DNA of 64,000 nucleotides from an uncultured Gammaproteobacteria bacterium (GCA_964482695.1 CAYZYP010000002.1:46962-110961); one strand, 5' to 3'; positions 27,357-39,145 are shown, numbered from the stretch's first letter. Made by a program: numbers and translations. Notes: generated by a model from the letters alone, not told the origin.

Positions 27357-28034
27357 ATGAAACAAAAATCAACTAAAAAGAAAAATTTATCTAAGCCAGT
27401 AGATATTCGCTCGACCGACGGTGGCGGCTGGTTGTATTCTAGTATTGTCAAAGATCATTTTTTTAATCCGCGCAAATTCATGCAATACGACGAGGAAGAA
27501 AAGTTCAAATATAATGGAATGGGTCGGGTTGGTTCGCCGGCTTGTGGCGATGAAATGGTGATGTGGCTAAAAATAGATCCAAAGACAGAAAAAATAAATG
27601 ACTGTCGTTGGCGGACTTTTGGCTGTGGTTCGGCGATTGCTTCTACTTCTGTTTTAGCAGAAATGCTGACAGAAAAAGGCGGTATGAAAATAACAAACGC
27701 CATTAAATTGCGCCCGCAAGATATTTTAAAACGTTTAGGCGGTTTACCGGATCGCAAAATTCATTGTTCTGTTTTGGGCGACAAAGCCTTACAAGCGGCA
27801 GTTAACGATTATTTTAGAAGTTCCAATCAGCATAGTAGAATTATCACCGCTGGCGCGAAAATTATTGATAAAGTTTTAAATATTACCGATCATGATATAG
27901 AAGAAGCCGTTTTAGAAGGCGCCAAAACTTTGGAAGATGTACAAAAAAAATTAAAAGTTGGAGTAGGGGATAAAGAGGCTATCCCGGAAATTGAAGAATT
28001 AATAAAATTCTATAGTGAAAAATACTATAGATAA
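27357..28034 (+). CDS. iscU: Fe-S scaffold IscU/NifU-like with Cys-less BFD-like C-terminal domain
   Basis: DHFFNPR, SPACGD, FGCGSAIAS, KIHCSVLG. Confidence 0.88.
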   Translation: MKQKSTKKKNLSKPVDIRSTDGGGWLYSSIVKDHFFNPRKFMQYDEEEKFKYNGMGRVGSPACGDEMVMWLKIDPKTEKINDCRWRTFGCGSAIASTSVLAEMLTEKGGMKITNAIKLRPQDILKRLGGLPDRKIHCSVLGDKALQAAVNDYFRSSNQHSRIITAGAKIIDKVLNITDHDIEEAVLEGAKTLEDVQKKLKVGVGDKEAIPEIEELIKFYSEKYYR

Positions 28035-28066
28035 TAATATTGTTTATTTAATTATTTGTAATTTTT

Positions 28067-28246
28067 ATGACTTTAAAAATAGACTCGGAAAAATGCATCG
28101 GCTGTGGTACTTGCGTGGCATTGGCGTCAAATACTTTTAAAATGAATGATGATGGCAAAGCGGAAATTATTAATGAAACAGGCGATGAGGCGGAAACAGT
28201 TAAAATGGCAGCTGATTCCTGCCCAACACAAGCGATAATTTTATAG
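28067..28246 (+). CDS. Monocluster ferredoxin (59 aa), absent from ORF track
   Basis: MTLKIDSEKCIGCGTCVALA...AADSCPTQAIIL*. Confidence 0.92.
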   Translation: MTLKIDSEKCIGCGTCVALASNTFKMNDDGKAEIINETGDEAETVKMAADSCPTQAIIL

Positions 28247-28328
28247 GGTTGATACCCGTTATATATTTTATCTAAAAAGGGCTTTTTGTTTGCCCTTTTT
28301 TGTTATTTCTGTTAAAATAATCACTGCT

Positions 28329-28994
28329 ATGGATAGTGGAAAATTATTTATTGTCGCCACTCCTATTGGAAATTTAGGCGACATCACTTTACGAGCCTTA
28401 GAAACCTTGAAAACGGTTGATTTTATTTTATGCGAAGATACCAGAGTAACCAAAAATTTATTAGATCATTTTCAAATTAAAAAACCATTAATAAGCTACC
28501 ACCAACATAGCGACGCTAGAAAAGTTAACGAAATTAAAGATATCTTGAGTCAAGGAAAAAATTTAGCTTTGGTAACAGACGCGGGCACTCCTGGGATAAG
28601 CGACCCGGGAAACCAATTAATTTATGATTTAAGATTTAAGATTTTAGATTTAGAAATTATACCAATACCTGGCGCAAGTGCAATAATCGCTGCCCTTTCT
28701 ATCTCTGGTTTTCCGACTGACAAATTTATCTTTATGGGTTTCCCGCCGCATAAAAATAAGCGACAAAAATTTTTTAAAGAAGTGGCGGAAAATAAATACA
28801 CAACCGTTTTCTACGAATCAAATCACAGGATTAAAAAATGTTTAAATGAATTAATGCTTGTTTTGCCCACAGATCAAAAAATTGTTGTCTGTCGTGAATT
28901 AACCAAAAAATTCGAAAGTATTTATCGAGGAACAATTGAAGAAATTTTAAAAATGGCTATAAAAGAAAAAGGGGAGTTTGTAGTAATAATTTAA
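28329..28994 (+). CDS. rsmI: 16S rRNA C1402 2'-O-methyltransferase
   Basis: VATPIGNLGDITLRA, CEDTR, DAGTPGISDPG, RELTKKFE. Confidence 0.96.
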   Translation: MDSGKLFIVATPIGNLGDITLRALETLKTVDFILCEDTRVTKNLLDHFQIKKPLISYHQHSDARKVNEIKDILSQGKNLALVTDAGTPGISDPGNQLIYDLRFKILDLEIIPIPGASAIIAALSISGFPTDKFIFMGFPPHKNKRQKFFKEVAENKYTTVFYESNHRIKKCLNELMLVLPTDQKIVVCRELTKKFESIYRGTIEEILKMAIKEKGEFVVII

Positions 28995-29015
28995 TGGAAA
29001 ATAAATTTAGACATT

Positions 29016-30557
29016 ATGAAGCAAAAATTCTACCTCACCACCGCCATTCCATACGCTAACGCTGATCCGCATATTGGTTTTGCTTTAGAAATTTTGTACG
29101 CCGACGTGATGGCTAGGTATCAAAGGTTAATTGGCAAAGATGTCTATTTTCTCACTGGCACAGATGAACACGGTCAGAAAATGTATAAAACTGCCAAAGA
29201 AAATGGCCGGCCAGTAGAAGAATTTGCCGCCGAAAAATCAGCCATGTATTTAAATTTAGCAGACCAGTGGAACATAACTAACGATGATTTTATTCGTACG
29301 ACCGAAACGCGGCATATGGAACGTGCGCAAAAATTTTGGCAAGTGGCGCTTGAAAATGAAGATATTTATAAAAAAGAATACGAAGGACTGTATTGTGTTG
29401 GTTGTGAATCATTTAAAACAGAAAAAGATTTAATAGACGGCAAATGCCCGGATCACAACAAAGAGCCAGAAGAATTAAAAGAAGAAAATTATTTTTTTAA
29501 ACTTTCTAAGTATCAGCCACGATTATTAGATTTATTTGAAAATAAACCTGATTTTGTTTTTCCAAAGTCGCGCTTTAACGAAATGTATAATATTTTACGT
29601 CAAGGATTAGAAGACATTAGTATTTCACGCTCCAAAGAAAAATTGCCTTGGGGCATACCGGTCCCAGGCGATAATACGCAGGTAATGTATGTTTGGTTTG
29701 ACGCTTTAACAAATTATATCACCGCGCTTGGCTATGGCTCTGATGACGAAAAAAATTTAAAAAAATATTGGCCGGCAGATGCGCATATAATTGGTAAAGA
29801 AATTAACCGTTTTCATTCTCTACTTTGGCCGGCGATGCTCATGTCCGCTGGTGTGGAATTACCAAAACAAATAGCTGTTCATGGTTGGATAACAGTTGAT
29901 GGGCAAAAAATGAGCAAAACAATTGGCAATGTTATTAGTCCTCTTGAATTAATTGAACAATATCCATTAGAAGCTGTGCGTTATTTTTTCATGCGAGAAA
30001 TACCATTTGACAATGATGGTGATTTTTCCTACACAAAATTTGTCGCGCGATATAACGCTGATCTGGCAAACGGTTTGGGTAATTTAACCAATCGTATTTT
30101 AGTAATGATTGAAAAATATTGTGATAAAACCGTGCCAGAAGTAAAAAATATTCATCATGAAATGATCGATAAGTTAAGTAATGAAATTTGGCCCCAATAT
30201 AATACTGCCATGGAAAAATTTAGCTTTAATCACGCTTTGGAACAAGTTTGGAAGTTAATTACTTATTGTGACCAAATTATTACTGATAAAAAGCCTTGGG
30301 AATTATACAAACAAGGCAAAACCAATGAACTAAACGACCTTTTGCACCATCTGGCCGAGGCCTTGCGTCATATTGCTGTTATGGTCTGGCCAACAATGCC
30401 GGAAACAGCGGAAAAAATACTGGCTCAACTTGGTTTAGAAGTGTCAAAAGAATTAAGCAAACCGCTTTCAGAATTACAAAATTGGGTGCAGTTAATGGTT
30501 GGTAATAAAATAAATAAAGGTGAACCGTTGTTTCCGCGTTTAATTGAAAAGTTATAA
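29016..30557 (+). CDS. metG: Methionine--tRNA ligase (short form)
   Basis: YANADPHIG, GTDEHG, YVWFDAL, KMSKT. Confidence 0.97.
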   Translation: MKQKFYLTTAIPYANADPHIGFALEILYADVMARYQRLIGKDVYFLTGTDEHGQKMYKTAKENGRPVEEFAAEKSAMYLNLADQWNITNDDFIRTTETRHMERAQKFWQVALENEDIYKKEYEGLYCVGCESFKTEKDLIDGKCPDHNKEPEELKEENYFFKLSKYQPRLLDLFENKPDFVFPKSRFNEMYNILRQGLEDISISRSKEKLPWGIPVPGDNTQVMYVWFDALTNYITALGYGSDDEKNLKKYWPADAHIIGKEINRFHSLLWPAMLMSAGVELPKQIAVHGWITVDGQKMSKTIGNVISPLELIEQYPLEAVRYFFMREIPFDNDGDFSYTKFVARYNADLANGLGNLTNRILVMIEKYCDKTVPEVKNIHHEMIDKLSNEIWPQYNTAMEKFSFNHALEQVWKLITYCDQIITDKKPWELYKQGKTNELNDLLHHLAEALRHIAVMVWPTMPETAEKILAQLGLEVSKELSKPLSELQNWVQLMVGNKINKGEPLFPRLIEKL

Positions 30558-30571
30558 GGTGCTTCTTTTTT

Positions 30572-30608
30572 CGCTGACGCAAGGAATATAATTTTACTCG
30601 TATTTTTT
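30572..30608 (+). repeat. Family-B tail remnant
   Basis: CGCTGACGCAAGGAATATAATTTTACTCGTATTTTTT resembles 12424-12458. Confidence 0.6.
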
Positions 30609-30625
30609 AATTTTTAACTAACTCT

Positions 30626-31150
30626 ATGTCTTTCTTTGACATCTGCCTTCTGATAATTGTCGGGGGGTTTGGTTTGTTTGGTCTATGGTTTGGTTTAATT
30701 CATACTATAGGATCCTTGCTGGGAACTTTAGTTGGCTTATATTTAGCCGCGCGTTTTTATGAACCAATGGCCAATTGGTTAATGAATCTTACGGGTTGGA
30801 GTGGCAACTTTTCCAAAGTATTAATGTTTATCATCGTTTTTGTTATAATAACGCGTTTAGTTGGTTTTATTTTTTGGTTAATTGGCAAAATTTTAGGTAT
30901 TGTTACTAAGTTGCCATTCGTTAGCGGCTTAAATCATTTTTTGGGTTTAATTTTTGGTTTATTTGAAGGGGTTATTATAGTTGGTGTTAGTCTGTATTTT
31001 ATTGTTCGATTTCCAGTCGGTGTAAAATTTATGACCGCCCTGTCTATTTCTAAAATCGCTCCTTATATAGTCAAGCCGGTCAACACGCTCGCTCCACTTA
31101 TTCCAGACGCGATTAAATTTTTACAAAGTACGGTAAAAAGCATCGTTTAA
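30626..31150 (+). CDS. cvpA: CvpA (colicin V production) family membrane protein
   Basis: DICLLII..GLWFGLI, LNHFLGLIFGLFEG. Confidence 0.85.
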   Translation: MSFFDICLLIIVGGFGLFGLWFGLIHTIGSLLGTLVGLYLAARFYEPMANWLMNLTGWSGNFSKVLMFIIVFVIITRLVGFIFWLIGKILGIVTKLPFVSGLNHFLGLIFGLFEGVIIVGVSLYFIVRFPVGVKFMTALSISKIAPYIVKPVNTLAPLIPDAIKFLQSTVKSIV

Positions 31151-31162
31151 TTCTTAAAAGTT

Positions 31163-31996
31163 ATGTTTGATACCCACTGCCATATTCAATTCAACGGTTT
31201 TAAAAATGATTACGAACAAATTATCAAAAAATGTATAGAAAAAGATTGTACTATGTTTGCGGTTGGCACGCAAAAAGACACAAGTAAGAAAGCGGCAGAG
31301 TTCGCGCAAAAATATGATAATATCTATGCCATTGTTGGATTACATCCAATTCATTCCAGCTCTACCGAAGTAGATGAAGAAGAAATCAGTTTTGTGTCGC
31401 GCGAAGAAGAATTTGATTATCAATATTATAAAAATTTAGCCAGTCAGCCGAAAGTGGTGGGAATTGGGGAGTGTGGAATTGAATTATTTCATCTGCCAAA
31501 AAACAAAAATAAAAATGAAATATTAGAAAAACAAAAGAAAAGTTTTTTAGCACAAATAAAATTAGCGTTAGAGTTAAATTTGCCAATGAGTATTCATGTG
31601 CGCGACGCCTATCAAGAAGTAATAGAGATATTGGAAAAGGAAAAAATTAATGGCGTGATTCATTGTTATACCGGCAATTGGCCGACCGCCCAAAATTTTT
31701 TAGATTTGGGGCTTTATTTGGGTTTTACCGGAGTAGTAACATTTCCACCCAAAAAAACCGATCCTCAACCTCAATATGATTTGCTTGAAGTCATAAAAAA
31801 TTGTCCCGCAAACAAAATACTGGTAGAAACTGACGCACCATACCTCGCGCCCCAGGCGTATCGCGGACAAAGATGCGAACCGTGGATGGTGGAAGAAGTT
31901 ATTAAAAAAATAGCGGAAATTAAAAATATAAATTTTAAAGAAATGCTAGAAATAACAAAAAATAACACAAAAAAATTATTCACAAAAATCCCTTGA
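31163..31996 (+). CDS. tatD: TatD family hydrolase
   Basis: DTHCH, GLHP, GIGECG, IHVRDA, HCYTG, ETDAPYLAP. Confidence 0.95.
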   Translation: MFDTHCHIQFNGFKNDYEQIIKKCIEKDCTMFAVGTQKDTSKKAAEFAQKYDNIYAIVGLHPIHSSSTEVDEEEISFVSREEEFDYQYYKNLASQPKVVGIGECGIELFHLPKNKNKNEILEKQKKSFLAQIKLALELNLPMSIHVRDAYQEVIEILEKEKINGVIHCYTGNWPTAQNFLDLGLYLGFTGVVTFPPKKTDPQPQYDLLEVIKNCPANKILVETDAPYLAPQAYRGQRCEPWMVEEVIKKIAEIKNINFKEMLEITKNNTKKLFTKIP

Positions 31997-32062
31997 CCAA
32001 TTCAATTTTATATTGTAAAATAATGCCTGCCCGCAGAGCTACGCTCAGATTTGTAGGCGGGC
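31993..32062 (+). promoter_or_regulatory. atp operon promoter followed by a 5' hairpin repeat
   Basis: TTGACC-17bp-TAAAAT; GCCTGCCCGCAGA...TTTGTAGGCGGGC at 32025-32062. Confidence 0.6.
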
Positions 32063-32073
32063 CACTTTAAAAT

Positions 32074-32343
32074 ATGTTGGAAAACATGTCTCCCAAAACG
32101 ACTGACAGACAATACTATTTATTTGCTTTGCGAATAATTGGTGATTTTGGGGCTAGCATCGCTGTACCGATAGTTATTTTTGTTTTAGCAGGGCAATACT
32201 TAGATGAAAAATATCAAAAATCTCCGTTTTTCACCATTTCAGCTTTTATGATATCAGCCTTAATTTCCGCGAAAATAATACATAAAAAAGCTAAACGTTA
32301 CGGAGCGGAATACCAAAAAATGGTTGATAATGAAAAGAAATAA
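32074..32343 (+). CDS. AtpZ/AtpI family protein
   Basis: 2 TM, GQYLDEKY; first gene of the atp operon. Confidence 0.85.
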   Translation: MLENMSPKTTDRQYYLFALRIIGDFGASIAVPIVIFVLAGQYLDEKYQKSPFFTISAFMISALISAKIIHKKAKRYGAEYQKMVDNEKK

Positions 32344-32346
32344 ACT

Positions 32347-33117
32347 ATGCACATTCCTACACTGGCGCCAGAAATTTTGTTTGAACTAGGGGGATTTCCA
32401 ATAACCAACACCATGGTCAATGTTTGGTTGGCAATTGTCATTTTTTTAATCTTTGGTTTAATAATCAGAAAAAAAGCGGCCGTGCGGCCAGGAAAATTAC
32501 AAAATGCCTCAGAATTTTTTCTAGATGGACTCATGGGCTATTTTGATCAAGTTACCGGAGACCATAAAAAAACTTTGCGTTTTTTACCACTTGTTGGTTC
32601 GGTCTTCTTTTTTATTTTACTTTCTAACTGGCTAGGCTTACTTCCTGGCACAGGCAGTATAACTTTTGGCGGCAAGATGTTACTACGACCAGCCAATACC
32701 GATTTAAATTTAACAGCTGCCATGGCTATTGTTTCGGTTTTAGCTTCACATTTATTTGGGCTATTTACTGTTGGAATTTTTACGCATCTAAATAAATTTA
32801 TACAAATAGGTACTTTTGTCAAAAGTTTTCGCAAAGGCCCGGTGGCAATACTCACGGCTGTTATTGAATTAGCGGTTGGCGCGATTGAAATAGTAAGTGA
32901 GATGGCCAAAGTAGTTTCTCTTTCACTAAGGTTATTTGGTAATATTTTTGCCGGCGAAGTTTTAATTACAGTTATCAGTAGCTTGGTAGGTTTAATAGTA
33001 CCAACGCCATTTATGTTATTAGAATTATTGGTTGGAATTATCCAAGCAAGTGTTTTTGCTATATTAACATTGGTATATTTGACAATCCTAACAACCAAAC
33101 CACAGACGGAACACTAA
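32347..33117 (+). CDS. atpB: ATP synthase F0 subunit a
   Basis: NWLGLLPG, SLSLRLFGNIFAGE, IQASVF. Confidence 0.97.
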   Translation: MHIPTLAPEILFELGGFPITNTMVNVWLAIVIFLIFGLIIRKKAAVRPGKLQNASEFFLDGLMGYFDQVTGDHKKTLRFLPLVGSVFFFILLSNWLGLLPGTGSITFGGKMLLRPANTDLNLTAAMAIVSVLASHLFGLFTVGIFTHLNKFIQIGTFVKSFRKGPVAILTAVIELAVGAIEIVSEMAKVVSLSLRLFGNIFAGEVLITVISSLVGLIVPTPFMLLELLVGIIQASVFAILTLVYLTILTTKPQTEH

Positions 33118-33132
33118 TCAAACTTTTACGGT

Positions 33133-33292
33133 GCACCAACGAACAATATATCTTTTTTAGAAAAAAAGTAGTCGGAAAACTTTTTGCCGTAGTGAAACGT
33201 AGGCAAAAAGGCAAACGGATAACTGCTTTTTTTCTAAAAAAGATATATTGTTCGTTGGTGCGATGAATTACGTTTACGCATATTCTTTACAA
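33133..33292 (+). mobile_element. Family-B fold-back element, copy 3 (36-bp perfect IR) between atpB and atpE
   Basis: 33133-33168 is the exact reverse complement of 33226-33261; tail GATGAATTACGTTTACGCATATTCTTT. Confidence 0.75.
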
Positions 33293-33314
33293 AAAAATTT
33301 TATAATTTAATTAA

Positions 33315-33370
33315 GGACATGATACTGGCGAAGTAAAACATACCCCCTCTTCGTCTCCAGTAACATATCC
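33315..33370 (+). promoter_or_regulatory. Structured leader upstream of atpE
   Basis: GGACATGATACTGG-CGAAG...CTTCG-TCT-CCAGTAACATATCC, then AAGAAAGGT SD. Confidence 0.5.
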
Positions 33371-33385
33371 AAGAAAGGTAATAAT

Positions 33386-33607
33386 ATGGAACACGAATCA
33401 ATCGTGACAATCGTCAAAGGTTTAACCATGGCCTTGGGAGGCTTTTTCCCGGCAATGGCTATCGGCAGATTAGTGGCCAAAGCTATGGAAAGTATCGGCC
33501 GCAACCCAGAATCAGCTGGAAAATTATTCGTCCCAATGTTACTTGGCGCCGCTTTTGCCGAAGCTATCGCTATTTACGCTCTAGTAGTTGTGTTTACTTT
33601 AAAATAG
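33386..33607 (+). CDS. atpE: ATP synthase F0 subunit c (H+-type signature)
   Basis: IGRNPE, AFAEAIAIY. Confidence 0.97.
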   Translation: MEHESIVTIVKGLTMALGGFFPAMAIGRLVAKAMESIGRNPESAGKLFVPMLLGAAFAEAIAIYALVVVFTLK

Positions 33608-33668
33608 TTTGATCCATACTAGGTCATCTTTGTTGGCCTAGTATAACTAAATTAGTTTAAATAAATTT

Positions 33669-34235
33669 ATGCTTATAGATATCGTTCACGCCTCCGAGAC
33701 TGTGGCGACCCATGCCGTAGAAGGTGCTGTAAAAAATGAGAATGTTTTAGCGTCTTTAGGTATAAATAGTACAATGTTTATTTTTCAATTAATAAACTTT
33801 GCTATTGTCGCATTGATATTATGGTTCTTGGTTTTAAAACCACTAACTAAAAAGATGGCCGAAAGACAGTCTTTGATAGAAGATGGTTTAAAAAATGCCG
33901 AAGAAGTAAAGAAAAATTTGCATAAAAGCGAACAAAAATATCAAGAAAAAGTAGACGAAGCCAAAGCAGAAGCTGGCAAAATAATCGCTAAATCACAAGT
34001 AGATGCTTTAGATGCCACTAACAAAACAAAAGAAAAGGCCAAGCAAGAAATAGAATTGCTGGTTGACCAAGCAAAACGAAATATTAAAATTGAAAAGCAA
34101 GAAATGATTAGCGAAGTTAAAAAAGAAGCCGCTAATTTAGTAACTATTGCTTTAGAAAAAATATTAAATGAAAAAATTGATGAAAAAAAAGATAAACAAT
34201 TAATAGAAGATAGTTTAAAAAAAATTAAAATATAA
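33669..34235 (+). CDS. atpF: ATP synthase F0 subunit b
   Basis: FQLINF..LWFLVLKPL, coiled coil. Confidence 0.95.
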   Translation: MLIDIVHASETVATHAVEGAVKNENVLASLGINSTMFIFQLINFAIVALILWFLVLKPLTKKMAERQSLIEDGLKNAEEVKKNLHKSEQKYQEKVDEAKAEAGKIIAKSQVDALDATNKTKEKAKQEIELLVDQAKRNIKIEKQEMISEVKKEAANLVTIALEKILNEKIDEKKDKQLIEDSLKKIKI

Positions 34236-34284
34236 AAATGTGAAAGGTGGTTAGAAACGCAAAATTTTGCGTCTGTACAAAATT

Positions 34285-34674
34285 ATGAAAAAAAATAGCA
34301 ACAAACAACTAGCAATTTCATTCTTTAAAGCCACCAAAGAAATTAAGGGCGATGATTTAGAAAAAATAATTAAAAATTTTATTATTTTATTATCTAAAGA
34401 ACATAAATTAAAACAAATCAATAATATAATCACCGAGTTTATAAAATATGCCAAAAAACAAGAGGGGATAATAGATGTTGAGGTTATTACCGCGCGCGAT
34501 ATGAGTGATCCTATGATTAACAAAATACAAACAGCGTTAGGGCAAAAAATCGAAGCAGTAAAAAAGACAGATGGCAGTTTACTTGGTGGATTAGTAATAA
34601 AAACAGAAAATGTAATTTTAGACGCTAGTTTAAAAACACAGCTAAAAAAAGTAAAAGAAGCCATGGAAAGTTAA
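34285..34674 (+). CDS. atpH: ATP synthase F1 delta subunit (short)
   Basis: VEVITA, LLGGLVIK..NVILDASLK; operon position. Confidence 0.9.
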   Translation: MKKNSNKQLAISFFKATKEIKGDDLEKIIKNFIILLSKEHKLKQINNIITEFIKYAKKQEGIIDVEVITARDMSDPMINKIQTALGQKIEAVKKTDGSLLGGLVIKTENVILDASLKTQLKKVKEAMES

Positions 34675-34749
34675 AAATATTAAATATTATATACTGTTTA
34701 TTATACGCTTTGATATGATATCCATTATATAATATCTAATACTTAAAAT

Positions 34750-36243
34750 ATGTCTGTAAATTCAATCGTCGAACAATTAAAAAAGAATATTGCCGCGTTT
34801 GAAAAAAACGTGCAAGTAGAAGAAGTGGGTAAAGTAGTAGAAGTAGGAGATGGTATTGCCAGAATGAGCGGCCTAACAAAATGTCAGGCCAGCGAAATGT
34901 TAGAATTTCCCAACAATGTTTATGGGGTAGCTTTGAATTTAGAAGAAGAAACAGTTGGCGCTGTTTTACTAGGTGAATACGAACATATCAAAGAAGGCGA
35001 TATTGTAAAACGCACCGGAAGAGTATTGTCTGTGCCAGTAGGCGAAGAATTGATAGGTAGGGTTGTTAATCCATTAGGTCAAGCTATTGATGGTGGCAAA
35101 GAAATAAAATCAACTAAGTTTTATCCTGTAGAAAAAATAGCTCCTGGAGTAATGAAGCGCCAACCAGTAACCCAACCTGTGCAAACAGGTATTAAAGCGA
35201 TTGACGCCATGATCCCAATTGGTCGCGGTCAACGCGAACTAATAATTGGCGATCGCCAAACAGGCAAAACAGCGGTAGCTATAGATACTATTATCAATCA
35301 AAAAGGCAAAGACATGATTTGTGTTTATGTCGCTATTGGCCAAAAAGAATCAAAAATAGCTCGCATCGTAGCCAAACTAAAAGAAGCGGGCGCTATGGAT
35401 TACACCATAGTTGTTGTAGCCGGAGCTTCGCAACCAGCTTCTCTATCTTATATGGCTCCTTACGCTGGAGTAGCTATGGCGGAATATTTCATGGATAAGG
35501 GCAAAGACGCTCTAATTATTTATGATGATTTATCTAAACAAGCTTGGGCTTATAGAGAAATTTCGTTACTACTTCGCCGCCCACCTGGCCGCGAAGCATA
35601 TCCTGGTGATGTTTTTTATTTGCACTCTAGATTATTAGAACGAGCTTGTCGCAGGAACAAAGAATCGGGTGGTGGCTCTATTACAGCGTTACCTATTATA
35701 GAAACTCAGGCTAGCGATGTAACTGCTTATATCCCTACCAATGTAATTTCTATTACCGATGGCCAAATTTTTTTAGAAACAGATCTGTTTTACCGTGGCA
35801 TTCGCCCGGCTTTAAACGTTGGTATCTCTGTTTCTCGTGTTGGTGGCGCGGCGCAAATAAAACCAATGAAAAAAGTAGCTGGTAAATTAAAATTAAACAT
35901 GGCTCAATTTCGCGAACTAGAAGCTTTCGCTCAGTTTGCTAGTGATTTGGATCCAGAAACAAAAAAACAAATTAATTTAGGCCAACGTTTGGTAGAAATT
36001 TTAAAACAACCACAATATCAGCCAATGTCCGTAGCTAATCAAGTAGCGATTATTTTTGCAGTTTCTAATGGTTTTGCCGACGATATAGCTGTTAAAGATA
36101 TTAGCGATTGGGAAATAAAATTTCATGAATTTATCAATAAAAAACCGGCGCTTTTAGAAAAGATAGAGAGTGGAGATTGGGATGAAAAAATAGAAAATGA
36201 ATTAAAAAATGTTTGTGATGAATTTATCAAATCTACTAAATAG
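34750..36243 (+). CDS. atpA: ATP synthase F1 alpha subunit
   Basis: [31 protein letters not shown]. Confidence 0.99.
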   Translation: MSVNSIVEQLKKNIAAFEKNVQVEEVGKVVEVGDGIARMSGLTKCQASEMLEFPNNVYGVALNLEEETVGAVLLGEYEHIKEGDIVKRTGRVLSVPVGEELIGRVVNPLGQAIDGGKEIKSTKFYPVEKIAPGVMKRQPVTQPVQTGIKAIDAMIPIGRGQRELIIGDRQTGKTAVAIDTIINQKGKDMICVYVAIGQKESKIARIVAKLKEAGAMDYTIVVVAGASQPASLSYMAPYAGVAMAEYFMDKGKDALIIYDDLSKQAWAYREISLLLRRPPGREAYPGDVFYLHSRLLERACRRNKESGGGSITALPIIETQASDVTAYIPTNVISITDGQIFLETDLFYRGIRPALNVGISVSRVGGAAQIKPMKKVAGKLKLNMAQFRELEAFAQFASDLDPETKKQINLGQRLVEILKQPQYQPMSVANQVAIIFAVSNGFADDIAVKDISDWEIKFHEFINKKPALLEKIESGDWDEKIENELKNVCDEFIKSTK

Positions 36244-36262
36244 AACGTGCTAATATTTAATT

Positions 36263-37234
36263 ATGGCAATTAATACCAAGGCAATTAAACGACGCACAAA
36301 ATCAGTTTCCAGCACTAAAAAAATCACCAAGGCGATGGAAATGGTGGCTGCGGCAAAAATGAGAAAGGCTGTTTCTGCTGCTTTGGATACTCGCGCCTAC
36401 GCTACGGTGGCTTGGAATTTGTTAGTAAATTTATCAAAAACACAAAAAGCTATCTTACCTCTTTTAGATGTCCGATCGGTTAAACGTTTATTGGTAATTT
36501 TAGTAACTTCCAACAGGGGATTATGCGGTAGTTTTAATAGTAATATAATTAAAAAAACAGCTGAACAAATGCAAAACCCTATAAATATTAGCAAACAAAG
36601 AATAGCTAATAAAAATGTTGAACCTGCTGAAAAAATAGAAATAGATGTTATTGGTATTGGTAAAAAAGGCGCTGACTTTGCCAAAAAAATGAAGTATAAT
36701 TTAGTCGCCTCATTTAGTGAATTTACCGACACTCCTAGTCTTAAAGACATTTTGCCGATAAGTAAAATAATAATCAACGATTACGAAACAAAAAAATACG
36801 ATAAAATTGTTATTGCTTATACTGATTTTAAATCCACTATCAATCAAGTAGCAAAATTAAGACAAGTTTTACCAATATCAGAACAAGATTTAGAAAAAAT
36901 GATCAAAGAAATCGGCAAAGACGAAGCAGACGCCGTTTCTGTCGCCGAAGAAAAAAATAAAAGCCAATTAGAATTAAATAATTATCTTTTTGAACCAAAT
37001 AAAATTGATGTCTTAAAAATTATTTTACCACGCTTGGTTGAAACACAGATTTTTCAAGCTGTTTTAGAGTCTTCGGCCAGTGAACACAGCGCGCGTATGA
37101 TAGCCATGAGAAATGCTAGCGATGCTGCCGAAGATATGGTTAAAGAATTAAATTTAAATTTTAATAAAGCTCGCCAAGCTGGTATAACACAAGAAATTGC
37201 CGAAATAGCTGGCGGGGCGGCCGCTTTAGGATAG
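36263..37234 (+). CDS. atpG: ATP synthase F1 gamma subunit
   Basis: KITKAMEMVAAAK, RGLCGSFN, SEHSARM, RQAGITQEI. Confidence 0.98.
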   Translation: MAINTKAIKRRTKSVSSTKKITKAMEMVAAAKMRKAVSAALDTRAYATVAWNLLVNLSKTQKAILPLLDVRSVKRLLVILVTSNRGLCGSFNSNIIKKTAEQMQNPINISKQRIANKNVEPAEKIEIDVIGIGKKGADFAKKMKYNLVASFSEFTDTPSLKDILPISKIIINDYETKKYDKIVIAYTDFKSTINQVAKLRQVLPISEQDLEKMIKEIGKDEADAVSVAEEKNKSQLELNNYLFEPNKIDVLKIILPRLVETQIFQAVLESSASEHSARMIAMRNASDAAEDMVKELNLNFNKARQAGITQEIAEIAGGAAALG

Positions 37235-37306
37235 ATAATAAAGATTAAAAATTAATCTCGATAATTAATATTTAATCTTTTATATTTAATATCTAAATAT
37301 TTTTAA

Positions 37307-38680
<1,374 letters not shown>

Positions 38681-38689
38681 ATTTACTCT

Positions 38690-39103
38690 ATGAAGCTAAA
38701 AATAGTTACTCCGGAAAAAACAACTTACGAAAACGAAATTTTTCAAGTTTCCATACCTACCACAACAGGTGAAATTACGATCCTCCCACACCATATTTCT
38801 TTGGTAACTGTTTTGATAGCTGGAGAATTGAAGATAAAAGATAGTAGCGGCGAACAGTTTATCGCCGTGGCCGGTGGTTTTGTAGAAATACGTTCTAACG
38901 ACGAAATAATTATTTTAGCCGATAACGCTGAACGCGCAGAAGACATAGATATTCAACGTGCCGAAGAAGCTAGAAAAAGAGCCGAGGAACAAATGAAACA
39001 AACTAAAATTTCCGAAGATATCGACTTTGCTAAATTACAGGCTATAATAGACAGAGAAGTAAACAGGGTAAGGATAGCCAAAAAATATCGTAAACTCCCA
39101 TAA
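38690..39103 (+). CDS. atpC: ATP synthase F1 epsilon subunit
   Basis: LKIVTPEK, GEITILPHH, GGFVEI. Confidence 0.96.
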   Translation: MKLKIVTPEKTTYENEIFQVSIPTTTGEITILPHHISLVTVLIAGELKIKDSSGEQFIAVAGGFVEIRSNDEIIILADNAERAEDIDIQRAEEARKRAEEQMKQTKISEDIDFAKLQAIIDREVNRVRIAKKYRKLP

Positions 39104-39145
39104 TTTTTAATGGGGTTTAATATCGTTTATTTTTAATTTTAATAT

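Noticed and set aside
31994-31996. Alternative genetic code (UGA=Gly, code 25)
   Set aside because: TGA terminates tatD, lysS and alr at expected ends, and no conserved gene is interrupted by TGA.
33386-33607. Na+-coupled ATP synthase
   Set aside because: Subunit c has E-A-I rather than the Q...E-S/T Na+ signature.
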